58,883 nt of DNA from Chloroflexota bacterium (GTDB lineage Bacteria; Chloroflexota; Dehalococcoidia; UBA2979), in the NCBI GenBank assembly GCA_027593235.1, contig JAQCIU010000020.1, forward strand, positions 1 to 58,883. Direction: 5' to 3'. Position 1 is the first letter of the stretch, and each line of letters starts with the position of its first letter. Below, in pieces: positions 20,785 to 31,293 of the stretch. The notes beneath the pieces were generated by a model, which was given only the letters and a program-made list of their open reading frames with translations, was not told the DNA's origin and did no database searches. The translations under genes were made by a program, and so were the position numbers.

Positions 20785-23196
20785 ATGCTCCCCGCCATGC
20801 CGGACACACCCGAACCACGACCGCTCGCGGGTATCCGCGTCATCGAGGTCGCCGACGAATCGGCGGCCTACGGCACGCGCCTGCTCGCCGACCTCGGCGC
20901 CGAGGTACTGATGGTCGAACCGCCCGAGGGCGCATCGACTCGCCGGCTCGCGCCGTTCGTGGACGGGCGTGACGACGGCGCGCACGGCTACGAGCACCTG
21001 CAGCTCAACGCCAACAAGCGCTCGATCCGCCTCGACCTCGGGAGCGCCGAGGGGCAGTGCCGCTTCCTCGATCTCCTCGCCACCGCGGACGTGCTCGTCG
21101 ACGCCGGGCCCGCGGACGTGCTGCCGGCCGCCTTGGGCGACACGGCGCTGCGAGGGGTGCGGCCGGATCTCGTGCGCGTCTCGGTGCGGCCCTACGGCCT
21201 CGAAGGACCGTGGGCGGAACGGACCGGCAACCACCTCACCGCGCTCGCCTCGGGCGGGTTGCTACACCTCACCGGCGACCCGGCCGATCCGCCGACGCAG
21301 GGGCCGGTCGACTGCGCCTACAAGCTCAGCGGGCACGCGGTCACCACCGCCGCGCTGATGGGACTGCACGCGCGAGACCGTGACGGCGTCGGCGCGCACT
21401 TCCACATCTCCGCGCAGGAGGCAGTGGTCTTCTCGATCACGCAGACCGCGAATCCGAACATGTACGCGCAGGCCGCCCACGTGCCGCCCCGCCCGGGCCT
21501 GACGAACGCGATCGCCTGCGGCGATGGCGGCTGGGTCGGCGCGAATGTCCGTCCCGATCGATTCGGCGACTTCCTGCGCCTGCTCACCGCAGCGGGTGTC
21601 GAGCACGATCTGACCGAGAACGACTGGGAGCGCGCCTCGCAGGGTCCGCACTCCCTGGAGAACTACAGCATCCAACTCGCGCGGCGGTACGCGGCGCTCG
21701 TCCCGCGCGACGAGTTCGTCGATTCGATGCGCGCCGCCGGCCAGGTGGCGATGCCGAACTACCACCTCGGGGATGTCGCCTCCGAGGAGCACTACCGCGA
21801 GTCCGAGCAGTTCGTGGCGGTCGCCCACCCGACGCTCGGCGAGACGCTGAGCCTGCCGCGGAGCCCCATGGGCGACTTCGGCATCCCGATGCCGCTCCAC
21901 CCCGCGCCGGCCCTCGGCGCTGACGACGCGCTCCTCGCGCGGTTGCCCGCGGCGGCCGCACGCCCGTCGGTCCCGCTCGCCGCTGATCCGTCGCGGCTCC
22001 TCGAGGGTCTGCGCGTCGTCGAGCTGAGTTGGGTCCTCGCCGGCCCGATCGCCGGACGGATGCTCTCCAACTTCGGCGCCGAAGTGATCCGCATCGAGTC
22101 GCGCGTGCGCCCGGACGCGCTGCGCAACGCGCCGCTCACGGACGGGACACGGAACCCGGACCTCCCGGGGCTCTGGAACTGCGTGAACACGGGCAAGCGC
22201 TCGCTCACGCTCGACCTCCGGCAAGAGCGATCAAAAGAGCTGCTCCGCGAGGTGATGGCGACCGCCGATCTCGTGATCAACAACTACGCGCAGGGGTCGC
22301 TCGATCGAATGGGCTTCGACTTCGCCTCACTCGCCGCGCGCAATCCGAAGCTGGTGATGGTGCACATGCCCGGCTGCGGCACGCGCGGCCGCTGGGCGAA
22401 AGAGCGCACGCTCGGCAACCTCCTGATGGCCGCCTCCGGCATCAACTCGCTGATGGGCTTCGCGGGTCGCGACCCCCGAGGCGTGGGCATCGCCTACCCG
22501 GACTTCATCGCCCCGCACATGCTCGTCTCGCTCGCGCTGGCCGCGATCCGCGAGCGCGAACGCACCGGTCACGGCCGCGAGCTGACGATCGATCAACTCG
22601 GCGCCACGATGTCGCTGCTCGGCGCCGCGTGGATGCGCTACGACCACGAGGGCACACTGGCGCCGAAGCCCGGCAACCGCAGCGTCAACGCCGCACCGCA
22701 CGGCGTGTACCCGACCAGCGGCGACGACCGCTGGATCGTGCTCGCCGCCCGCACTGACGAGGAGTGGCGTGTCCTCGCCGCTGCGATCGGACAGCCGGCG
22801 CTCGCCGCCGACACCCGCTTCGCGACCTTCGAGGCGCGCAAAGCGAACGAGGATGCGCTCGACGCGCTGATCGGAGCGTGGACCGCGCCACAGGATCGCT
22901 GGGCGCTCGCCGAACGATTGCAGGCCCTCGGGATTCCCGCTGCCGCCGTCGAAGACCTCGCGGACCTCGTCGCGCACGACCCGCAGCTCGTGGGGCACTA
23001 CCAGCCCACGCGGCAGCCGTCCGCGCCGGACCTCGAAATTCTGGTCGACGCGGAGCCGATCCGGATCGTCGGTGCGACGCACACGTTGGAGCGCGCGCCG
23101 ATGCTCGGCGAGCACAACGAATACGTGCTGCGGGATCTCCTCGGACTGCCGATGGACGAGTTCGATCAGCTCGTCATCGACGGGATCGTGAACTAG
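20785..23196 (+). CDS. Two-domain family III CoA-transferase
   Basis: PLAGIRVIE..NANKRS; LEGLRVVELSWVLAGP..NTGKRS..YPDFIAP; APMLGEH. Confidence 0.92.
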   Translation: MLPAMPDTPEPRPLAGIRVIEVADESAAYGTRLLADLGAEVLMVEPPEGASTRRLAPFVDGRDDGAHGYEHLQLNANKRSIRLDLGSAEGQCRFLDLLATADVLVDAGPADVLPAALGDTALRGVRPDLVRVSVRPYGLEGPWAERTGNHLTALASGGLLHLTGDPADPPTQGPVDCAYKLSGHAVTTAALMGLHARDRDGVGAHFHISAQEAVVFSITQTANPNMYAQAAHVPPRPGLTNAIACGDGGWVGANVRPDRFGDFLRLLTAAGVEHDLTENDWERASQGPHSLENYSIQLARRYAALVPRDEFVDSMRAAGQVAMPNYHLGDVASEEHYRESEQFVAVAHPTLGETLSLPRSPMGDFGIPMPLHPAPALGADDALLARLPAAAARPSVPLAADPSRLLEGLRVVELSWVLAGPIAGRMLSNFGAEVIRIESRVRPDALRNAPLTDGTRNPDLPGLWNCVNTGKRSLTLDLRQERSKELLREVMATADLVINNYAQGSLDRMGFDFASLAARNPKLVMVHMPGCGTRGRWAKERTLGNLLMAASGINSLMGFAGRDPRGVGIAYPDFIAPHMLVSLALAAIRERERTGHGRELTIDQLGATMSLLGAAWMRYDHEGTLAPKPGNRSVNAAPHGVYPTSGDDRWIVLAARTDEEWRVLAAAIGQPALAADTRFATFEARKANEDALDALIGAWTAPQDRWALAERLQALGIPAAAVEDLADLVAHDPQLVGHYQPTRQPSAPDLEILVDAEPIRIVGATHTLERAPMLGEHNEYVLRDLLGLPMDEFDQLVIDGIVN

Positions 23197-23300
23197 CTCG
23201 ACGCCCGCCACGAGCGGCGCGGGTCGGACTTCGTGATGCCCGTCCCAAGCCGGCCGCGGCAGAGGGGTATCGTTCGCCGGGACCAGAGACGGGGTGCCCG

Positions 23301-24155
23301 ATGGCAGAGGCAATTTCCGCGGCGGACCACTACCAGCGGAAACGCGTCGCCGTACTCGATTCGGAGATGGCGTACATCGACGTCGGAAGCGGCGACTCGA
23401 TCGTCTTCCTCCACGGCAATCCGACGTCGTCTTACCTCTGGCGCAACATCATCCCCGCAGTCGAGTCGATGGGCCGCTGCCTCGCGCCGGACCTAATCGG
23501 GATGGGCGACTCCGCCGCGGAGCCGAATCGCTCCTACCGGCTCGCCGACCACATCCGCTACATCGACGCCTGGATGGATGCCGTCGAGGTAGGCGACCGG
23601 GTCACCCTCGTGATCCACGACTGGGGATCGGCGCTCGGGCTCCACTGGGCGTCGAAACACCCGGACCGGATCAAGGGCATCGCCTACATGGAGTCGATCG
23701 TGCAATCGATGGGCCCCGAGCCCACGACGATCTTCGCGCTGTCGCGCACACCCGAGGGCGAGCGGCAGATCCTCGAAGAGAACTTCTTCGTCGAGGGCAT
23801 CCTCGGGAACACCGTGAAGTCCGAAGAGGCGATGAACGTCTACCGCAAGCCGTACCTCGAACCGGGTGCATCGCGGATGCCCACGTTGCAGTGGCCTCGC
23901 GAGATCCCGTTCGACAGCGGCCCAGCCGACAACCTCGCGCTGATCAACGAATACGCCGCGTGGATGCGGACCTCGGACGTCCCCAAGCTGTTCGTCAACG
24001 CCGAACCGGGCGCGATCCTCGTTGGCGATCGGCGCGACTTCGTGCGCTCGTTCCCCAACCAGACCGAGGTCACCGTCGAGGGCCGTCACTACATCCAGGA
24101 GGAGTCGCCTGCGGCGATCGCGGCGGCGTTGGCAGCCTGGTACGCGGGTCTGTAG
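23301..24155 (+). CDS. dhaA: Haloalkane dehalogenase (HLD-II, LinB/DhaA-like)
   Basis: LHGNPTSSYLWRNI, APDLIGMGDS, IHDWGS, AYME, PTLQWPREIP, GRHYIQEES. Confidence 0.9.
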   Translation: MAEAISAADHYQRKRVAVLDSEMAYIDVGSGDSIVFLHGNPTSSYLWRNIIPAVESMGRCLAPDLIGMGDSAAEPNRSYRLADHIRYIDAWMDAVEVGDRVTLVIHDWGSALGLHWASKHPDRIKGIAYMESIVQSMGPEPTTIFALSRTPEGERQILEENFFVEGILGNTVKSEEAMNVYRKPYLEPGASRMPTLQWPREIPFDSGPADNLALINEYAAWMRTSDVPKLFVNAEPGAILVGDRRDFVRSFPNQTEVTVEGRHYIQEESPAAIAAALAAWYAGL

Positions 24156-24272
24156 TGGACAAAATCAAACGATGCCCCGACGAAAAACGCGCGCGGTCCG
24201 TTTTTATGTTCATGCAGCCACAGCCAAAACCAAACGGAGTAGACTGAAGGCGCGCCAGCGGAGGATGCACGC

Positions 24273-24902
24273 ATGACCAAGGTGCGGGATCTCGACCAGC
24301 TCCTCGATGTTGCCGCTCGCCTCTTTGGCGAGCGGGGATACGAGGCGACGACGCTCGAGGAGATCGCCCAGGAATTGGGCATCCTCAAGGGCAGCCTCTA
24401 CCACTACATCTCCAGCAAGGCGGAGCTACACCAACTCGTCACGCGACGGCGCTTGGACCAGCTCATCGACGATGTGGAGCTGATTGCCGCCCTCGATATC
24501 CCGGCCGACGTGAAGCTGACGCAGGCGTTGCGGAAACACCTCGGAACGATCCACGACTTCTATCCGGAGTCATCGCAGTGGTTCGTCCAGCCGGCGCCGC
24601 CCAAGAGCAGCACCGATGAAAGCGCACCGGCCGATCCGCCCAACCGCACTTACGAGCGAGTGATCCGTCAGATCGTCACGCAGGGTGTCCGCGACGGAAT
24701 CTTCCGTGCCGACCTCGATCCGCAGGTGATGGTGCTCAGCGTCCTCGGGAGCTGTAACTGGCTGACCCTGTGGTACCAGCGCGGTGGGCGGCTCACGATC
24801 GACCAGGTCGGCGACACCATCATCGCGATGGCCCTCGATGGGCTCAGGGCCACCACCGGGTCCACGCCGCCGCGCCGCCGCGCCGCCGTGGCGGCACGCT
24901 AA
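24273..24902 (+). CDS. TetR/AcrR regulator with KstR2-like C-terminal domain
   Basis: LFGERGYEATTLEEIAQELGILKGSLYHY..SKAEL; GIFRADLDP..LGSCNWLTLWY. Confidence 0.9.
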   Translation: MTKVRDLDQLLDVAARLFGERGYEATTLEEIAQELGILKGSLYHYISSKAELHQLVTRRRLDQLIDDVELIAALDIPADVKLTQALRKHLGTIHDFYPESSQWFVQPAPPKSSTDESAPADPPNRTYERVIRQIVTQGVRDGIFRADLDPQVMVLSVLGSCNWLTLWYQRGGRLTIDQVGDTIIAMALDGLRATTGSTPPRRRAAVAAR

Positions 24903-25108
24903 CAAGCCGTCGCTCCCTCTCTTCGGGCGCGGCCCCTCACGGATTCGACCTGACCGAGCGCCGTTTCGTTGCGGACGCGATGGCCCGTTGCTAGTGTCTG
25001 CCGGTCAGAAAAACAAACACCGGTCGAAAACGGCAACGGACCGCTGCCGACGCTCGCATCCAGCGATCGCGACGGCAGCGTGGGTTCACGGCAAGGGGCA
25101 CGGCAGCG

Positions 25109-26284
25109 ATGGACTTCCGATTCACGGATGAGCAGGAGACCTTCCGCGACGAGGTGCAGGCGTTCATCGCCACGCACGCACCCGAGGGCGGATCGTCGGG
25201 TGACGAGGAAGGCGGCAGCCGCGCCGATCACGAGGAAGTTCTGCAGTGGCAGAAAGAGCTCGGCAAGAAGCGCTGGCTCACCCTCGCGTGGCCCAGGGAG
25301 TACGGCGGCCTGGACGCGTCGCACTGGCAGCAGATGGTGCTGAAGGAAGAGATGGCACTGCAGGGCGCGCCCGCCGCGACGAACATGGGGACCAACTGGG
25401 TCGGCCCGGCGCTGATGATCGTCGGCTCTGACGAACAGAAGGAAACCCACCTCAGCCGCATCGCCGACGCCGCCGACGACTCCTGGTGGTGCACCCTCTA
25501 TTCCGAGCCCGGCTCCGGCAGCGACCTCGCCTCCCTCCAGACGCGGGCAACCGAGGACGGCGATGAGTTCGTCGTGAACGGCCAGAAGATCTGGACCTCC
25601 GGCGCGCACGAGTCCGACTGGGGCTGGCTGGCCGCGCGGACCGATCCGGAAGCGCCGAAGCACCGCGGCATCTCGATGTTCGTGATGGACATGAAGACGC
25701 CCGGCGTCAGCGTCCGCCCACTCGTGAACATGGCGAATGACCACTCCTTCAACGAGGTCTACCTCGAGGACGTACGCATCCCGAAGTCCAACCTCGTGGG
25801 TGAGCAGAACCGCGGTTGGTACCACCTCGCGGTCGCGCTCGACTTCGAGCGATCGAGCATCGCCGGCTTCGCCGGCTCGAAGCGGATGGTCGACAAGTAC
25901 ATCGACGACGCGAAGACCCGCCCTGAGTGGATGCAGCAGCGCCCGACCGTGCGGCTCTCCCTCGGCGACCGCGTCACGGAGATCGAGGTCGGCACGCAGC
26001 TCGCCTACCGGATCGTGCACATGCAAACGACCGGCGTGATCCCGAACCACGAGGCGTCCGCCGCGAAGCTGTTCAGCTCCGAACTCGGCCAGCGCATCGC
26101 TGCGACAGCAATGTCGCAGCTCGGCCTCTACGGCCAACTCACCGCTGACCAGATGGACGTCCCCTTCGAGGGCAATGTCGGTCAGGGCTACGCGCGCTCC
26201 GTATCCGCGACGATCGCCGGCGGCACCTCCGAGGTGCAGCGCAACGTGATCGCCACCCGCGGACTCGGACTGCCACGCGGCTAG
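25109..26284 (+). CDS. Acyl-CoA dehydrogenase
   Basis: MDFRFT, YSEPGSGSDLASL, NGQKIWTS, LDFERS, TIAGGTSEVQRNVIA. Confidence 0.94.
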   Translation: MDFRFTDEQETFRDEVQAFIATHAPEGGSSGDEEGGSRADHEEVLQWQKELGKKRWLTLAWPREYGGLDASHWQQMVLKEEMALQGAPAATNMGTNWVGPALMIVGSDEQKETHLSRIADAADDSWWCTLYSEPGSGSDLASLQTRATEDGDEFVVNGQKIWTSGAHESDWGWLAARTDPEAPKHRGISMFVMDMKTPGVSVRPLVNMANDHSFNEVYLEDVRIPKSNLVGEQNRGWYHLAVALDFERSSIAGFAGSKRMVDKYIDDAKTRPEWMQQRPTVRLSLGDRVTEIEVGTQLAYRIVHMQTTGVIPNHEASAAKLFSSELGQRIAATAMSQLGLYGQLTADQMDVPFEGNVGQGYARSVSATIAGGTSEVQRNVIATRGLGLPRG

Positions 26285-26345
26285 GCATCGGGTCGGAGAT
26301 CAGTAGTATGTCCGGGCATCACGGAATGAGAGAGGCGAGGGCCGC

Positions 26346-27524
26346 GTGAGCGAACGCACCATTCGAGGAAAGACGGCGGTCGCCGGCATCGGCGAGACGA
26401 CCTACTACAAGCGGGCACAGGCGCCCGATCCCGAGTTCAAGATGGGCCTCGAGGCGATCTTGCTCGCGGCGGAGGACGCCGGCATCGACGTCCGCGAGAT
26501 CGACGGGTTCGCATCGTACTCCAACGACCGCAACACGCCGGAGCGGATCGCGAGCGCCCTCGGGATCCCGCACTACGGCTTCAGCAACATGTTCTGGGGC
26601 GGCGGAGGAGGCGGAGGGTCCGGAGCGATGGCGAATGCCGTCGCGGCGATCACGGCCGGCTACTCGGACGTCGTCGTCGTCTACCGCGCGCTCGCACAGG
26701 GCCAGTTCGGCCGCTTCGGCCAGGGCGCCGCAATCCCAACGGCACCGGGGGCGATGGCCTTCACTGCCCCGTACGGGCTGATGTCGCCGGCACAGACGTT
26801 CGCGATGCGCGTCCAGCGCTTCATGCACGACCACGACGTGAAGCAGGAGGCGCTGCGCGCTATCTCGCTCACCAGCTACGCCCACGCGCAGAACAACCCG
26901 CGTGCCGTCATGCAGGGCCGCGAGCTGACCGAGGAGATCTACGAGAACTCTCGCTGGATCGTGGAGCCGTTCCACCTCTTCGACTGCTGCATGGAGAACG
27001 ACGGCGCGGCTGCTGTGATCGTCGTCTCCGCGGAGCGCGCGAAGGACCTCAAGCAAAAGCCGGCGTACATCCTCGGTGCCGCGCAGGGCTCGTTCCTCCG
27101 TCAGGGCGCGTCCGCGCACAACGCCCCGGACTACGGGACGTCGAACTTCAAGACGGTCGCACCGAAGCTCTACGCCCAGGCCGGCATCGGTCCGAAGGAC
27201 GTCGACGTCCTCCAGAGCTACGAGAACTTCACCGGCGGCGTGCTGATGAGCATGGTCGAGCACGGCTTCTGCGAACCGGACGAGTGCAACGAGTTCTTCA
27301 CCACGGAGAACTTCCGCGCGCCGAACGGCAAGCTCCCGCTGAACACCAGCGGCGGCAACCTCGCCGAGTGCTACATGCACGGCCTGGAGCTGATCACCGA
27401 GGCCGTCAAGCAGATCCGAGGCACCTCGCCGAACCAGGTCGAGAAGGTCGACGTATCGATGGTCACCTCTGGACCGATGGTCCAGCCGGTGTCCTCGATG
27501 ATCCTCGCCAGCGAGCCGAACTAA
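26346..27524 (+). CDS. SCP-x-type thiolase-like protein (Ltp2-like)
   Basis: VAGIGET, DCCMENDGAAAV, YENFT, NTSGGNLAECYMHG; Gly run replaces the thiolase Cys. Confidence 0.88.
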   Translation: MSERTIRGKTAVAGIGETTYYKRAQAPDPEFKMGLEAILLAAEDAGIDVREIDGFASYSNDRNTPERIASALGIPHYGFSNMFWGGGGGGGSGAMANAVAAITAGYSDVVVVYRALAQGQFGRFGQGAAIPTAPGAMAFTAPYGLMSPAQTFAMRVQRFMHDHDVKQEALRAISLTSYAHAQNNPRAVMQGRELTEEIYENSRWIVEPFHLFDCCMENDGAAAVIVVSAERAKDLKQKPAYILGAAQGSFLRQGASAHNAPDYGTSNFKTVAPKLYAQAGIGPKDVDVLQSYENFTGGVLMSMVEHGFCEPDECNEFFTTENFRAPNGKLPLNTSGGNLAECYMHGLELITEAVKQIRGTSPNQVEKVDVSMVTSGPMVQPVSSMILASEPN

Positions 27525-27535
27525 GGGGCGTACCG

Positions 27536-27994
27536 ATGACGACTGAACAGAAGTACGCCCTGCCCGAGGGCCTGCCCGCTCCGGCTGCGGACGTGGACGG
27601 CCTCGGCGCGGAGTTCTGGGAGGCGACCAAAGCCCACAAGCTGCTCGTGCAGCGCTGCAACGCCTGCGAGGGTTGGCAGTGGGGCCCGGAGCACATCTGC
27701 TACCAGTGCCACTCCTGGGATCTGCGCTACGACGAGGTCGCGCCGACCGGCGTCGTCTATAGCTGGGAACGGGTCTGGTACCCGGTCCACCAGGCGCTGG
27801 CCATGGGCCTGCCCTACATGACCGTGCTGATCGAGCTGCCGCAGGCGGGCAACGTCCGCATGGTCGGCAACCTCGTCGGCCAGGACCCCGAGGCAGAGAT
27901 CAAGATCGGCCAGAAGGTCGAAGCGGTCTTCGAGGACCACGGCTCCGGCGAGGACGCCTACACCCTCGTCCAGTGGCGGCCTGCGGCCGGCTAA
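27536..27994 (+). CDS. Zn-ribbon/OB-fold DUF35 protein (thiolase partner)
   Basis: FWEA..LLVQRCNAC..ICYQC..GVVYSW..RMVGNL..IGQKVEAVF. Confidence 0.9.
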   Translation: MTTEQKYALPEGLPAPAADVDGLGAEFWEATKAHKLLVQRCNACEGWQWGPEHICYQCHSWDLRYDEVAPTGVVYSWERVWYPVHQALAMGLPYMTVLIELPQAGNVRMVGNLVGQDPEAEIKIGQKVEAVFEDHGSGEDAYTLVQWRPAAG

Positions 27995-28035
27995 CACCCC
28001 TTCGGGCCTCGCAGCGAGGCATCGAGGTAGACCAG

Positions 28036-28073
28036 ACGGCCCCGTCGCTCACGCGCCGGGGCCGTTTTCGTTT
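28036..28073 (+). terminator. Rho-independent terminator
   Basis: ACGGCCCC...GGGGCCGT stem followed by TTTCGTTT, between convergent genes. Confidence 0.7.
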
Positions 28074-28084
28074 GGCCACGGTCG

Positions 28085-30526
28085 TTACTCCATCACCCGC
28101 AACGTCGATGGGATGTTCATCCGCAGGAGCTTGCGGAAGGTGAGCAGCGGCGCGGCGGCGACCGCCACGATTCCGAGGGCAAGCACGATCCCCAGCGACG
28201 CAGGCGAGAGCGTCGCTTCGAGCGTGATGTCGGGGAGCGTCTGTGGCAGCAGCACCTCGACCGTCCAGACGACCATCAGATAGCCGCCGCCCAGCCCGAG
28301 GATCGTGCCCACCACCCCGATCGCGAAGCTCTCCACGACGGCCATCCGCAGCACCGTGCGGACGGGGATTCCAAACGCGAGCATCGTCGCGTTTTCCCGA
28401 GCGCGTTCGTCCTCGCTGATGCTCGCGGCGTTGAACGCGATCAGCAGCGCCAGGATCAGTGCAGCGCCCTCGATCACCCGGAAGATGCCGGTGAACTCGG
28501 CCATCGCGTCACGGATCGCGTCGGTCGTGGCAGTCACGCCCTGGACCGAGGCAACACCGGCCGACCCGAACAGCGCTCGCTGCACGCTCGCCTCGTCCTC
28601 ACCGTCGGTCGGGCGCGCGGAGATGCCGTTCGTCACCCCCTCGACGCCCATGAGGTCCGCGTGGGCAATGTCGATGTAGGCGACAAAACGAAACGGGTGT
28701 CCGTGGATGCCGAGCACCGGAAGCTCTGACTCGACCAGCTCGAAGGCAGTCGGTCCGCTGCGCCGCGGATGACGCACCCGCACCATGTCGCCCGGACCGA
28801 CGCCGAGGTCGCTCGCTGCACCGCTCGACAGCACGATGCCCGCCGTCCCCGGCTCAACCGCGCCGGCAACGACAGTTGGACGCCAGAGCGTGCTCTCGAG
28901 GTCGACGAACGTGACAAACAGATCCACGTCGTCGGCCGCGTCATCCCCGAGCAGCGTGACGCCCGGGATCTGGATCACCGGCTCCGCCTCCGTCAACACG
29001 GGAGACTCGAGGACCAACGCCGCCTGCGGCGAGCCGACCGGATAGAACTGGTCGAGCGTGATCTCGATGCGGTCGGGTGCGCCCGCCAACAACTCCTCAT
29101 CGCTGCGATCGATCGTGCGGATCAGGGAATCGAGGATCCCGACAATCCCGACGAGCACGGAGAGAACCGCGGCGACGCCAAGGATCGTGAGGAACGCCCG
29201 TCGCGGCGACCGCAGCAGGTTGCGGAACGGGAGCTGCGCGAAGGTGTCGCCCGGGAGCGGAACGCGGTGGAGCAGCGAGATGAAGCGGTTGCCGCGGGCG
29301 TTGAGATGGGTCGTCTTGATCGCGTCGATCGGGTTGACGCGGACCGCGCGGAGAACCGGATACATGATGGCGAGCAGCGGCACGAGCAGGCCGATCACGC
29401 CGACGATCGCGAAGAGCTGGAACTGGAACGGCGTCTCGAACACCGGCACTGCCGGCTGGATCTGCTGAAGCAACCCGTGCATCGCCTGCGCAATCAGGAC
29501 CCCAACGCCAATCCCGAACACGACGCCGAGCAATGCGATCTGGAGACCGAACAACAACGGCCGCATCGCGATCGACCACGGCGGGATGCCGATCGCCATC
29601 GCGATACCGATCTCACGCCGCTGCGCCTCGACCATGCGGGTCGTGAGGTTGAAAGCGGCAAAGACCGCGCCGCCGAAGATCGCGATCGCGAAGACGTTGT
29701 AGAGCTGCTGATCGCCCTCGGGGTCCTCGGTGATGATGCGGTAGGACGGATCGTCGAGCGGTTCCATGATGGTCGCGCCCACCGAGGCGAGCGCCGCGCG
29801 TAGCTCGGCAGCGGCGGCCGTCGCGTCGGCGTCGTCGGTCAACGTGAGTACGAGGTCGTTCACCGCGCCGGTCTGACCCGACAGCCGCTGTGCGGTCTCG
29901 AGCGACGTGAACACCGCAGCGAAGGTCGATTGCGCGAGGAAGCCGCCGCCCTCGGTGACGACGGTGAAGTACTCGGGCGTGGTGCCGTGCCCGACGTACT
30001 CGATCCTGCGGTCGCCGCCGAGCAGCACCTCGCCTTGAGCCGCCAGGTCGTAGTGCTCCGCGAAGTTCCGCTCGAGGAGGATCACGTCCTCCCCGGCGTC
30101 CGCCGCTGTCAGCCCGCGACCGAGGAGCGGAAGGACGCGGTTCACCTCGGGACCATCGCCGGCGACATCGATCCCGACGATCTGCCCGGTCACGAGGATC
30201 GTCTGGTCGCCCGTCGAGGCGTCGAGCTGGGTCGGCACGAGCAGACGCTCTTCGGAGGCCTCGATCCATTCGGGATGGTCGAGGTCGGCGAGCACAGCAG
30301 ACAGCGAGCCCGCGTCGACGAAGCTGCCGGCCGGCAGGCGTCCACGCAGGTCATACATGCGGGTCAGCTCGAAGCTCTGTTCGCCCGACTGGACGCGCCA
30401 GACGGTGACGCTGGAGAGCCCGGCGTAGCTCCCGGTGCCCAGCGCGATCACGAGGGCAATCGCGCCGACCTGCACCCAGCGCGATCGAAGATCGCGCCAC
30501 GACCAGCGGAGCCAGATGCGGAACAT
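28085..30526 (-). CDS. FtsX/MacB-like ABC transporter permease (two repeats)
   Basis: RMVEAQRREIGIAMAIG and ERARENATMLAFG FtsX motifs; large extracytoplasmic loops. Confidence 0.9.
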   Translation of the reverse strand: MFRIWLRWSWRDLRSRWVQVGAIALVIALGTGSYAGLSSVTVWRVQSGEQSFELTRMYDLRGRLPAGSFVDAGSLSAVLADLDHPEWIEASEERLLVPTQLDASTGDQTILVTGQIVGIDVAGDGPEVNRVLPLLGRGLTAADAGEDVILLERNFAEHYDLAAQGEVLLGGDRRIEYVGHGTTPEYFTVVTEGGGFLAQSTFAAVFTSLETAQRLSGQTGAVNDLVLTLTDDADATAAAAELRAALASVGATIMEPLDDPSYRIITEDPEGDQQLYNVFAIAIFGGAVFAAFNLTTRMVEAQRREIGIAMAIGIPPWSIAMRPLLFGLQIALLGVVFGIGVGVLIAQAMHGLLQQIQPAVPVFETPFQFQLFAIVGVIGLLVPLLAIMYPVLRAVRVNPIDAIKTTHLNARGNRFISLLHRVPLPGDTFAQLPFRNLLRSPRRAFLTILGVAAVLSVLVGIVGILDSLIRTIDRSDEELLAGAPDRIEITLDQFYPVGSPQAALVLESPVLTEAEPVIQIPGVTLLGDDAADDVDLFVTFVDLESTLWRPTVVAGAVEPGTAGIVLSSGAASDLGVGPGDMVRVRHPRRSGPTAFELVESELPVLGIHGHPFRFVAYIDIAHADLMGVEGVTNGISARPTDGEDEASVQRALFGSAGVASVQGVTATTDAIRDAMAEFTGIFRVIEGAALILALLIAFNAASISEDERARENATMLAFGIPVRTVLRMAVVESFAIGVVGTILGLGGGYLMVVWTVEVLLPQTLPDITLEATLSPASLGIVLALGIVAVAAAPLLTFRKLLRMNIPSTLRVME

Positions 30527-30534
30527 CGCGCCGC

Positions 30535-31293
30535 CTACCAGTGCAATTCGCTGATCGGGACGCGGCCGCCCTCGGGCGGGCCGTCGCTCACGATGCTGCC
30601 GCTGCTCAGCTCGATCACCCGATCCGCGACGCGCGAGATCTCCCGGTTGTGCGTGACGACAAGCACGCCCCGCCCCGGTCCGGCCTCGGCGCGCAGCAGT
30701 TCGAGGATCTGCGCACCGGTACGGAAGTCCAGCTCGCCGGTCGGCTCGTCCGCCAGCAGCACCGGGTTATCGGTCGCGAGGGCGCGCGCGATCGCCACGC
30801 GCTGCTGCTCCCCGCCCGACAGCTGGTGCGGGAAGTGGTCGATGCGCTCCCCGAGGCCGACCTCGGCCAGGACGTCAGCCGCCTCGGAACGGGCGCGCCG
30901 ACCGGAGGCGTCAATGCCAAACTCGACATTCTCGCGCGCGGTGAGGCCGGGAAAGAGGTTGAAGCTCTGGAAGATGAACGAGACGGTCCGACGGCGGAAG
31001 GCGAACAGCTCCTTCCTCGATGCTCCCGTAATGTTCTGCCCGCCGACGACGATGGTGCCCGCGGTCGGCGTATCGAGCGCACCGACCATGTTCAGCAGCG
31101 TGGTCTTGCCGCACCCGGACGGCCCGAGCACAACGACGAACTCACCCTCGTCGACCTTGAGATCGACGCCAGCAAGTGCGGTCACCGTGACCGGGCCCAC
31201 CTCGTAGCGTTTCGCGACGCCCGCGAGGGTGATCAGCGATCCGTCGCGGGTCGCGTTCGGGCCTCGGACGGCCGCCGGTATTGCGTCGGTCAT
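30535..31293 (-). CDS. ABC transporter ATP-binding protein (LolD/MacB type)
   Basis: GPSGCGKTT, FQSFNL, LSGGEQQRVAIARA, ADEPTG, VTHN. Confidence 0.93.
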   Translation of the reverse strand: MTDAIPAAVRGPNATRDGSLITLAGVAKRYEVGPVTVTALAGVDLKVDEGEFVVVLGPSGCGKTTLLNMVGALDTPTAGTIVVGGQNITGASRKELFAFRRRTVSFIFQSFNLFPGLTARENVEFGIDASGRRARSEAADVLAEVGLGERIDHFPHQLSGGEQQRVAIARALATDNPVLLADEPTGELDFRTGAQILELLRAEAGPGRGVLVVTHNREISRVADRVIELSSGSIVSDGPPEGGRVPISELHW

